Below the pieces are notes generated by a model. That model worked only from the letters and a program-made list of their open reading frames with translations. It did no database searches and had not been told where the DNA came from. Position numbers and translations under genes: made by a program. From Octopus bimaculoides (taxonomy: Eukaryota), in contig NC_068984.1 of the NCBI RefSeq assembly GCF_001194135.2, positions 33,582,787 to 33,628,736 of the forward strand: a stretch of DNA of 45,950 bases. Direction: 5' to 3'. Position 1 is the first letter of the stretch. Each line of letters starts with the position of its first letter. Shown piece by piece: positions 35,381-45,950 of the stretch.

Positions 35381-35830
35381 CTACTTTGTATGGGCACAAT
35401 TAGTGTATATAAAATACCTTAAAAGAACATTTATAATTGCCACTATTAGTGAAGCAATCCACAGAATAAAACAATTGCTAATCAACAATCGGTGCTCTAC
35501 CACAGCTACAGAATAAGACAGGCGAAGATACAGCATAAGAAATGGATCTGATACTGCACCTATTATATTAAACGAACTACAAAAAAATTGTACTATATAA
35601 AGCAAATTCATATAATCTAGAGAACAGATGAGCACATTGAGAATAGGCGAGCACATTATCAAGAACCTTATGTCACAAAACATAAATTACATTACTCGAA
35701 ACGATAAATTTGAACTAATATATTACAAATATAAAAAAGTGTAATATTAGATATATTGCTATTAAAGATAAAATACACGCGTACACACCATTAGTTGTGC
35801 TAATAATGAGTAATACAGCTTATAAATTTG
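35381..35830 (-). pseudogene. Rhodopsin-like (class A) GPCR remnant, TM2-TM4 recognisable
   Basis: ORF 35683-35381 contains CSSFNIIGAVSDPFLMLYLRLSYSVAVVEHRLLISNCFILWIASLIV. This is in register with the TM3-ICL2-TM4 pattern S.FN......DRY......L.Y.......R....W..S, with DRF changed to DPF. A 1-nt shift in a T-run gives NLCFCD (TM2 N..xD). It is flanked by stops, and no intact 7TM frame exists. Confidence 0.55.
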
Positions 35831-37184
35831 ATTGCAAATGTAAAATTTTCAAACTACATGAGTCTGCCACCATATACTGCTTACAATTACTCCAGTTTAG
35901 CGTGTACTTGAAGCAGAGGAAAAATACAATACTCTACTTAACATAATACAACATACAACTAAATAGGTATACATTGGTGCAAAAACTTCCACACTCTGCG
36001 GAATTCTTCACAAACATAAACGATTAATAATGGAAGCACTACAGCATACACAAGTAAACTTTCCCTGATGGCGTATAAGTCTGACTGTCAAAATTCAAAT
36101 TCTAGTTTAAAAAATCATTTACTGACGTCATCTTACATGAGTTCTATTAACAATAATATCTATCTTATGAAGAAAAACTAAGAAACTGATTACAAGATGA
36201 AATCTTCGGAGACTGTAATAAACCTGAATAAACTTTGCAATTAATAATGGACAGTGTTATGGTTTCAAAGCATTAAAATATGTTCAAAGATCTTAAATAC
36301 TAAGGAAAAATTAACTAATCCTTCTACTTTAGGATTTAAGTAAATACTTTGACGTATTTACCAAAGCAATTAAGCTCATTGATACTATAAATGTTGTTTG
36401 ATGACTATTATATTGATGAAAGTTTATTTGTGTGTTTTACACACTCTATAAAAAAATTATCGTGTAATCGGTTTCTGAAAGTTTGATAATGCAATATGCT
36501 TCAAGGTTTTACCTTATATAACGGCTATTTTTCTTTATGAAACACGTACAAGATGAGATGACAAAATAATTCAAGAACAAACTACCTACCAGTCGTAGGA
36601 AAGTATGGCCTATTAAACGCGAGTTCTCTTCGTAGTTTTGTCTCAGATACATAAGGGGGCACATGGAAATCTAAATATTGTTATATGCCATGCAAATTTC
36701 GTTCAAATCCACTATATAATGATTTATGTGAGGGTGAGTTGGATGTGTGAGCGCGTCAGTTAAAATTAGGCGAAATTCTAATCAATTAACAGAAATTTAC
36801 AATAGACATGGGAAATATTATTGGGAATATGTTTGATATTGGCAGTATAGTAGCAGCTTCGAATACGCTTGGCTATTATACCCTGTGTCAAGAATGACTT
36901 TACAATCAGATATGAACCTATAACCTTATTTAATTAATTTTATTGAATTAGAAACTTGGTGAGTTTCCCCGTATATCTTAACCTAAATTGATTATTAAGC
37001 TAATTATTTTTCTGCCTACGAAGTTTATAAGTTTCGTTAGTGCAATATTTTCCTCTACTGATCACAGACTTTATGACAGCCAAGTGACTGAGTTGTCATC
37101 CCTAGGAGGTTATGACGCCACTCAGTGTATAGTCTTAAAGAATGTAAATTTCTCTCAAGCTACGTTTTATAGCAGGATTGTAAA

Positions 37185-37224
37185 GGTCTGAGGAAAACAG
37201 AAACCCGTCTCCGAAACTGTCACC
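37185..37224 (+). ncRNA. Degenerate type I hammerhead-like motif
   Basis: GGU CUGAGGA [AAACAGAAACCCGUCUCC] GAAAC U GUC/ ACC. The core boxes and a 3-bp helix I are present, but helix II is only partly paired. Confidence 0.35.
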
Positions 37225-38069
37225 GTAATGTCAAGGTCAGGTAATTTCAGTGCATCTAAATAATATTAAATCTCGTGCCTTTGCTTCTCCTCATCACGGA
37301 CGCTCGCAATGTTATGTCGGTTAATATATAGTTGACCATTTAAGTCTTTGTTACACGCACCCTTTTGTGTTTGTAGCCTACATAAAAATATATTTGCCAA
37401 TATTTTAGATTACGTATACATATCATGGTACAAAAAGACGACTGGCGAAAATGTGCCAACCAAGTAAACCAACTACCAAGCAGAGAACGAAAAATAGTTG
37501 AAAAGTAATAAAACTGCTACTACTCAGGGATTAACAACAAATCTTGTCATGAGAGATCATTGTAAGTTCACGAATTTCTCTCGTGCATACGCGATGGACA
37601 CAGGTGAAATAGCTTCAACTGTTGATCGAAACAACGTAGCAATATATTCTTGAGCAGTATTTCACCGCACAATTTCAGCAGAATTCTGATATCTTCTATG
37701 TTAATTTTATTTTATCAACATTGCAAGGTTATTCTAATCACCCGAGTGTTTGTGATATACATATGAGACAAGAAAGTAATGTGATAATTGGAATAGAATA
37801 TATTCTCAAGAATACGGCTGAGGCATTATTGAATTTAACTGAAGAGAAATGATATCTTCCATAAACATAATTTATTACGATGAATGATATATACCATATA
37901 ACCATTCAGAGAAAGTTTGCAGCTGCTCTAATCTCGAACGAGAGATTACTAAAACCTTGAAAACTAATATTTCTATCACACATCTGAAACGAACTATTCA
38001 AATATGCATAGTCATCTTACCAGTGTGCATATACAGGCATTCATCTATTCCCAAATGCACATATATAAG

Positions 38070-38132
38070 CATGCATGCACACACACACAGCACATATAAA
38101 TGTATTATGTATGTATGTATGTATGTATGTAT

Positions 38133-38183
<51 letters not shown>

Positions 38184-38340
38184 CGTGTGTGTGTGTGTGT
38201 GTGTGTATACACATTCATATATATGAATAATATGCATGTATAGAATATATTTAAATAATTTTTATCTATATATGTGTGCACGTGTGCGCGCGTGCGTGTG
38301 TATACTTACGTGTGCATCTGCGTATGCATGCGTGCATGCA
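38070..38340. repeat. Compound (ATGT)/(AT)/(GT)/(GCGT) microsatellites
   Basis: Direct inspection. Confidence 0.95.
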
Positions 38341-39205
38341 TAAACACTTAATATCTTAGGCATTCTCAAAATGATGTACCACAATTCATGAACGTATGTG
38401 TATACATGATTTAAAAAGGGCCACCATTTATCTATGCACATAGACATTAGATTATACTGTTTATACGAATTAATTATTCTCATATTAATATGGAGCAATT
38501 TTTGATGCATGATATTCATATTTCCTGAGTAATACATTTCTGTAACAGAACACCAGAAGTATTCAATACATTAATCATAATTAAACTTCATTGCACCCTC
38601 ACACTGAAAGTCACACACGTATAAACACATTTATAATTTNNNNNNNNNNNNNNNNNNNNNNNNNNNNNNNNNNNNNNNNNNNNNNNNNNNNNNNNNNNNN
38701 NNNNNNNNNNNNNNNNNNNNNNNNNNNNNNNNNNNNNNNNNNNNNNNNNNNNNNNNNNNNNNNNNNNNNNNNNNNNNNNNNNNNNNNNNNNNNNNNNNNN
38801 NNNNNNNNNNNNNNNNNNNNNNNNNNNNNNNNNNNNNNNNNNNNNNNNNNNNNNNNNNNNNNNNNNNNNNNNNNNNNNNNNNNNNNNNNNNNNNNNNNNN
38901 NNNNNNNNNNNNNNNNNNNNNNNNNNNNNNNNNNNNNNNNNNNNNNNNNNNNNNNNNNNNNNNNNNNNNNNNNNNNNNNNNNNNNNNNNNNNNNNNNNNN
39001 NNNNNNNNNNNNNNNNNNNNNNNNNNNNNNNNNNNNNNNNNNNNNNNNNNNNNNNNNNNNNNNNNNNNNNNNNNNNNNNNNNNNNNNNNNNNNNNNNNNN
39101 NNNNNNNNNNNNNNNNNNNNNNNNNNNNNNNNNNNNNNNNNNNNNNNNNNNNNNNNNNNNNNNNNNNNNNNNNNNNNNNNNNNNNTATATACATTCATGC
39201 ATATA

Positions 39206-39244
<39 letters not shown>

Positions 39245-39835
39245 CCCCGTGAAAATTCAAAGAGAAAACAGTGGAAAAACTCAAAGAAAAAAGGAGGAAC
39301 AAGAATAACGAACAAATGGAAAGAAATGGAAATGCATGGCGAATTGTTGCAACAAATCGAACATATTATAAGCAAAGCCCGCTGGCTTTCGTTGACAAAC
39401 AGTAATTTGAATCGGGAAACAGAAACATGAATTATAGCCGCTCAGAAAGAATACGTTGAAACAAATGTCATCAATGGAACACAGTGAGACCAAGTATATG
39501 ATCAGCTGGAAAGGATAGAAGAGTATCAACCATTTTTCGAGTGAGAGAATATACTGCCACGAAAAGAGCACAAATGCAAACGTGACTGTATAGACAGAAG
39601 AGTGCATGGGATATGTGTCAGGAAATCGTCCTGAAAACAAGTAGTATGAATACAAACAGAATGAGAACAAAAACCTGACCATTCTAGAGGCAAGAAGACC
39701 AGGCATGATTATACAGAACAAAATAGATAAACAGTGGACGGCATAGACTTACCTCTGATAGCAGAGACGATGCCAAAGAAATGGAAAAATTGAGAAACAC
39801 TAGGATCTGGATAGAGAGCTGAGGAACAACCTCAA
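39245..39835 (+). mobile_element. Older, heavily decayed R4/Dong-like fragment (post-RT to RLE)
   Basis: NKWKEMEMHGELLQQ..RWLSLTNSNLNRETET*IIAAQ and later EARRPGMIIQ / KEMEKLRN remnants. Confidence 0.7.
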
Positions 39836-40657
39836 AAGAGGTCTATCAAAACAACAAACTCTGCACCTGAACAGTTCAGGACCCCTATAAAAACTGAAGG
39901 GTTCACCCAGTCACTGCGATAACTAAGTAACTGGAAAGCACCTGGGCACGATATTATCCCCAACTTCTGGTTAGAATGCCTGACAGGAACACATAAAAAA
40001 GCTGGCTGAGAATTTTAATGAGATACTATCTGAGACAGCGACAATGCCTCAATGGCTCAGTGAAGGGAAAACTATCCTGATTCCCAAATCTATAACCACG
40101 ACAAAGTTTGGTATCTATATACTCTGGACGTTATGCTAACACTATGGAATAGCAACAGAGAAAAGATGGTGTAGGCACACGCCAATAAATGTCACAGAAA
40201 ATGAGAAAGCAACAATACTATGGGATATGCCAGTACACACAGAGAGAGGAAGTAAGGCCAATACGCCGGATATAGTTGTCAGAGATCATCAAGGAAATAT
40301 GCTTTCTAATCGATGCATTAATGCCAACAGATGTCAACGATTCTCTAAAAGAAATGGAGAAACTTTCAAAATACAAAGACTTGGAAATAGAGGTAACTCG
40401 AACGTGGAATTCTATCATAGTAAACCCATTAAATATGATTAAAAAATATTCAGATAATTGCATAACAAAAACACTAGAACTAACAAATATATAATATATA
40501 CAGATAATAGCACTACCTGTCACTGCACACATCCTACGTAAAACACTTTCTATAGAATAACAATAAGAGCATCACAACAAACTACAGCACACACCCGAGG
40601 CACACGGAACTGCGCTCGTCAGTACAGTGAAGGCAATTAATAAAATTAAGACTACTG
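39836..40657 (+). mobile_element. R4/Dong-like LINE with a large internal deletion: RT N-terminus joined to RLE and 3' UTR
   Basis: NWKAPGHDIIPNFWLECLTGTHKKLAENFNEIL..PQWLSEGKTILIPKS jumps at about 40092 to HDKV..ILWDMPVHT..ANTPDIVVRD..CFLIDALMPTDVNDSLKEMEKLSKYKDLEIEVTRTW..AHILRKTLSIE*. The 3' UTR is homologous to 330-410 and ends AAGACTACTG. Confidence 0.9.
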
Positions 40658-40723
40658 AATAACAACAACAACAGCAACAACAACAACAGCAACAACAACA
40701 ACAATAATAATAATAATAATAAT
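40658..40723. repeat. (AAC/AGC)n-(AAT)n tail of the R4-like element
   Basis: It directly follows the element 3' end, which in copy B is followed by pure (AAT)n. Confidence 0.95.
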
Positions 40724-41684
40724 AGGTCGCCTTTCTACTAATAAGTTTACCACTAAATATATTGTGTGACAAATGATGTAAACATAAAATGAATTCTCAC
40801 GTTATTGGATTACAGTGATAAACGATTGTACCAGACGTGTACACTCTCTGCGTCTCCGTGAATAGAAACTAGTGACAGTGCGAAGCGAGGTGTCTAGTAA
40901 TCACGCAAAACCGCAGGTTTTACATCAGTGTCTCCCTCTTGAAAGAGTAATGTAATAACAATTATGTGTATCTCACGATTTGGTTTTACTACACATTCTG
41001 CCACCAACCAAGTGTATTTCTATTTCCTTGCGCTCTGATTTGTTGTCTGGACCCTGAATACGCCGGGTCAGAATAGACCAAAGATCTACCGGATGTTACT
41101 GTCATATCCAGGACAGAAATACACAAAAGCCTACAATCTTACACACTCACACGTATGTCAATGAATATATGTAGTTATATATGTGCCTGTGTGCTTCATA
41201 TATATGCAAGTGTTCTCATGCAACATCATCTCACATATTATTATTTTTATATTAAGATGATGGTATTTCTCTTTAACCTTTAATTTCTGACTCCAAGGCA
41301 TATTTGGCAGTCAGTTTCAATTATTCCAACACAGTGAACCATATCGTTTACACAATAACAAGTCAAAGTTTCACAAAACCGTGTACGTTTAAGACTTCAT
41401 AAGAGACATCCTCTGCTTTAACTTTCCGGATATCGTGTGCATAGTATTAAATACAGTGAGATATTACACCAACAATGCTTGCATATGATAACTCCTTTCA
41501 TGAGAAATTAGTAATCGGTTGCTTGGAAATTAGAAACCGCATTATCTCGATGCAGCCAAAGTAATATCCTTACAAATACACCTAACAAGCCAATGGAATA
41601 AAATACCAGCACGTTCCTACTCAGATTATTTATTGGCAATTGACACCTATTAATGTATAGAGATGAATAAATATTTGCAAATTG

Positions 41685-42070
41685 GTGCTAGTGTGACTAT
41701 GTGGCAAGAAGCTTGCTCTCCAGCTACGTGATGCCTTGGGCAAGTGTCTGTCACTTAAGCCGCGGAACGACCGATGCCTTGTGCGTGGATTGGTTAAACG
41801 AAAACTGTAAGAAACCCGTCGTATATGTGTGTGTGTGTGCGTGTGCGTGTGTGTGTATGTGTGTGTGTGTGCGTGTGTGTGTGCACGCGCGCGTATGTCT
41901 GTGTGTGTGTGTTTATGTTGGTCCAGCAACCCTGCTTCACAACTAGTGTTGGAGCATCCTACTAACATAGCGGTTCTGAAAAAGAACCCGAAAGAATAAG
42001 TACCAGGCTTTAAAGTATAAGTTCTGATCTGGATTTGATCGATCAATCCATTCAAGAGGTACCCCAACAA
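41685..42070 (+). mobile_element. SINE family B copy with an internal (GT)n expansion
   Basis: GTGGCAAGAAGCTTGCT..CCTTGGGCAAGTGTCT..GTGGATTGGTTAAACGAAAACTGTAAGAAACCCGTCGTATAT(GT)n..ATAGCGGTTCTG..GAATAAGTACCAGGCTTT. Confidence 0.82.
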
Positions 42071-42310
42071 AGGTAGAAATATGCATTTAGCGATGCTGCC
42101 AACCCAGCCAGATGAGTTTTACCTGCTACTGATATATTTTGGGTGTTACATAACATTGTACATCTATGAGAGATATTATCAGAGAACGAATACCAAAGTT
42201 ACTTTGGCTTTCTGTGATGTATATGCATTGAATATACATGTGGTACACACACATATGTATGTTTGTGTGTACATATAAATGTTTGTGTATGCATATATAT
42301 ATGTGTGTGT

Positions 42311-42362
<52 letters not shown>

Positions 42363-42692
42363 NNNNNNNNNNNNNNNNNNNNNNNNNNNNNNNNNNNNNN
42401 NNNNNNNNNNNNNNNNNNNNNNNNNNNNNNNNNNNNNNNNNNNNNNNNNNNNNNNNNNNNNNNNNNNNNNNNNNNNNNNNNNNNNNNNNNNNNNNNNNNN
42501 NNNNNNNNNNNNNNNNNNNNNNNNNNNNNNNNNNNNNNNNNNNNNNNNNNNNNNNNNNNNNNNNNNNNNNNNNNNNNNNNNNNNNNNNNNNNNNNNNNNN
42601 NNNNNNNNNNNNNNNNNNNNNNNNNNNNNNNNNNNNNNNNNNNNNNNNNNNNNNNNNNNNNNNNNNNNNNNNNNNNNNNNNNNNNNNNNNNN

Positions 42693-43622
42693 GTGTAATA
42701 CAAATGATATGTTTGTATATGCATATATACGTACCTGTATGTACATACCTATATCTACATGTATATATAGATGCATATCTGGGTACAGGACGTCACAAAA
42801 AAACGTGGACAAAATCAGAAACAGAATATAAACAGAGAACAGAAAACCCGACAGAACGAAACTGAAAATAAACAAGAATGTTTATAAGGCCAGACGTGAA
42901 AAAGATATATATCTATACTGAACGCTGTGATGTGAAGAATTCAAAGGAAGGGACAAGAAGAAAGTTCGTGCGAGTTTGGCAGTGGACAAGATAAGAAGGA
43001 AGCAGTAACCGGACAAATGTAACCAGCGAGGGGTAAGGAGAAAGAGTGGTAGAGAGAGAAAAAATGGGGAGGAAGTAGAATATAGGTGAGCAACGAGAGA
43101 CGGGGAGGAAGAAGAAGATATAGCAGTGAAGGGGAGAGGCGAAGAACAATAGAAGGGAGAACAAGAGGAGCAGAAAGATACACAGATAGAGTCACGTGAG
43201 AAATATAAAGTTAAAACTTACTCGCAAAAATGACGCGTGCGTTCGATCATGTAGTAATACAAAGAAAATGATAGTATATGCATATATACGTACATGTATG
43301 TGCATAACTACATCTACATGTATATATAGATGCATATCTAGGTACAGGAAATCACAAAAAACGTGGACAAAATGAGAAACAGAACATAAACAGAGCACAA
43401 AAAACACATAGGCCACATGAAGAACATTTCTTTCATCAGCTGCCACTATTCTAAAACTAAGCGTTTGGAAGAGTTGGGGCAAGACGCATTGTTGGAATGG
43501 CTCTTCCCATGAAAACAAATTAGATTTAAATACGGAGGAATATAGTGGCCAACAGAAAACACGACAGGAGAATGAAACAGTGAAAATAAACAAGAAGGGC
43601 TATAAGGCGAGACGTGAAATAA
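42693..43622. mobile_element. Small element with diverged direct terminal repeats around a purine-rich core (Penelope-pLTR-like or TRIM-like)
   Basis: 42693-42905 resembles 43254-43398 plus 43554-43622. The second copy carries an extra 155 bp (43399-43553). The GA-rich core spans 42905-43250. Confidence 0.6.
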
Positions 43623-43623
43623 C

Positions 43624-43669
<46 letters not shown>

Positions 43670-43852
43670 NNNNNNNNNNNNNNNNNNNNNNNNNNNNNNN
43701 NNNNNNNNNNNNNNNNNNNNNNNNNNNNNNNNNNNNNNNNNNNNNNNNNNNNNNNNNNNNNNNNNNNNNNNNNNNNNNNNNNNNNNNNNNNNNNNNNNNN
43801 NNNNNNNNNNNNNNNNNNNNNNNNNNNNNNNNNNNNATATATATATATATAT

Positions 43853-43887
<35 letters not shown>

Positions 43888-44100
43888 CCTAAACACGCAC
43901 ACATATACACCGACGCACACACACAAATATATTTTACACAGACATGCACAGATATATGTGCGTGAGTATGTAAGTATATGTATGTATATATGTATGTGCG
44001 TGTGTGAGTGTGTGTATGAGTGTGAATGAACGTTTGTGTATATGTGTGTGTGTGTATTTGTATATGCATGTGTGTCTGTATGTGTATGTTTTTGCTTTTG
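43623..44100. repeat. Compound (AT)/(GT)/(AGAT) tracts around an N-gap (43670-43836)
   Basis: Direct inspection. Confidence 0.95.
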
Positions 44101-44688
44101 TCTATAGATGACTGTATCACTATGTATACGTAACCGGAATCACTCTAAACTGCTATGAGAATGTGAGAAGACTAAATGTGATTTTCTGTTACGTATTTGG
44201 AATCTTTTGGAAGAGATTCTCCGTTTTGATTTTTTTCCTCGATAAATTAAATCACATGGTTTATTAACAATTGCAAGAAATGGAGACGTCGTGTCTCCAT
44301 TTTAATGGAAATAGTAAGAATATATCATGATAAAAAAAAAGACATTCTCTATTATAAGTAAAGTAGCCTCCACTGCGCCGGCATTGAGTTAATATTCAAT
44401 GTCTTAAATTCTATATTTCATTTACAAATAGCTGCAGCCATATTTCTAGTATCGTGTGTGGGAAAAATGACAAATAACGAATACACAGAACAGGATATAT
44501 TCTGCAAAGGGAATATTTGTTGCAATATGATAGACAACACAATAAACACGCACGCATAGAAACATATACTTACACACATATATGCATACATATAGACGTG
44601 GGAAGAAAGACAGATATATTTTAGATAATGATTAAACGGATATATATCGTTACAGTTTGGTTCTACTAATGTAGGTAGCATTGCATAA

Positions 44689-44746
<58 letters not shown>
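44689..44746. repeat. (ACT)n microsatellite
   Basis: Perfect array of about 19 units; it explains the poly-V ORF. Confidence 0.98.
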
Positions 44747-44748
<2 letters not shown>

Positions 44749-45139
44749 GTTTTCATTTTCTTTTCCTTTGTCTGAAATATGAATAATGATTCTCAGCGAA
44801 TTGCGTCTTTGCATCTCTAAACGCATTTCACTATCACATTCAGCTCTCTCTTGCTCTGTCTATCTCTATCTGTCCCTCACTATATCAAAATCTACCTATA
44901 TATTAACAAAATTATGACATGCCCTTAGGTACATTTACAAACAGCATTTAAACACAACCGCAACGTGTATGCATCTGTGTGCCTCTGCATGTGTACGCAC
45001 ATAGTATAAGCGCGTTTATGTATGTATGTATGTATGTATGTATGCTGCAGAAGAAATAGAGATCCCTGTAAATGGGCATTCAGTTTGTAACTACATTGTA
45101 CTGAGTACTACATCTTGTTCTGAAGCCCACTAATTATCG

Positions 45140-45300
45140 AAATGTGCGCGTGTGTGTTTGTGAGTTTTTTTCTGCATGTTCGTGTGTGTTCATGTGCGTG
45201 TGTGTTGTATATATATACGTGTGTATGTATGCATGTATGTATGTATGTATGCATGCATGCATGTATGTATGCATGTATGTATGTATGTGTGCGTGTGTAT
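45140..45300. repeat. (GT)/(ATGT)/(ATGC) compound microsatellite
   Basis: Direct inspection. Confidence 0.93.
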
Positions 45301-45950
45301 GGGACAGTGTTTGTGTATTAGTGTATTTACGTGTAAAGTTGATTTCACATACAATAGCTCTACAGTATTTCATGCGTGGAGTGATCAATCATGCTGAAAC
45401 CTTTTGCTTAGAAAAATATTACAGGTCCTTGGTCTTTATTCTTTAGAAGTGATCAAGTAGCGAGCTCCAAAGATTAATTTTACAATATATTTGGTTAATA
45501 TGTAATCAATTCATTTCAGAAGGATATTGGCGTAGGATGCCTCCAAGTCCCTTGTATCATACTGGATACTGCACTAGCACATTCAAAAGGCATAAAAGAT
45601 CTACGTTTAAAATTTGAAAAAAAAAAACTTAGAAAACCATAATCCATAGTTATAAAATAGAGGAATAAACGTTTTCTGACATCATAAAAACAAGACAAAC
45701 ATTTCGCGAAACCATTTCGGTAACAAAAGTATCGTTAGGGTCTAAGAAAAGTGCTTGGTTCTTAACTGCAGGAGAAGAGCACCACCTCCAATAAGTGTTA
45801 ATCGTTTCTTGTCTCTTCCACTAATGCAAAAGAAAGCTCTGAATTTCATAAAAAGCCCCTTCTAACACTTAGAAAGAAGGATCGAATACAACGTTTTTTC
45901 CCCAAATTCTATTTCAGCAATTGTACGCAGAAATCACAAAAAAAAAAAAA

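Noticed and set aside
45530-45650. Plus-strand KDIGVGCLQVPCIILDTALAH after a TTTCAG acceptor (weak DDE-like LDxAxxH)
   Set aside because: It is a single short motif with no supporting upstream or downstream transposase or exon evidence.
1-45950. Excess of minus-strand coding fossils as a sign of lying within an intron of a plus-strand gene
   Set aside because: Numbers are small, SINEs and the Tc1 are mostly plus, and no flanking exons were identified.
1-45950. CRISPR arrays, operons or other prokaryotic systems
   Set aside because: There is no repeat-spacer structure or gene-dense coding DNA. The sequence is eukaryotic repeat-rich DNA.

Overview
Very AT-rich, microsatellite-dense eukaryotic DNA from a short-read draft assembly, with 13 N-gaps (about 5.5 kb), most abutting (AT)n or (GT)n tracts. 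The SINE families and repeat style suggest a coleoid cephalopod, probably Octopus; this is inference from recall, not a search. I cannot support any intact host protein-coding gene, rRNA, tRNA or CRISPR array. Most long ORFs in the track are N-gap or microsatellite artefacts. The window is mainly a layered transposon graveyard. It holds five R4/Dong-like (RLE-type) LINE fragments, one RTE-type and one CR1/L2-type LINE remnant, and three tRNA-type SINE families. It also holds a near-complete Tc1 (DD34E geometry, about 170-bp TIRs, TA TSD, apparent 116-bp intron), a 5' half mariner, up to three decayed hAT transposases, a likely Helitron N-terminus, a foldback element and Penelope-like fragments. 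The best second-look items are a minimal type I hammerhead ribozyme motif (28899-28935, minus), the intron-bearing Tc1, a decayed class A GPCR remnant (about 35380-35830, minus), R4-like LINEs stacked inside a (TAA)n array, and an apparent RTE/R4 fusion. All protein and family assignments come from manual translation and motif recall; no database search was run.
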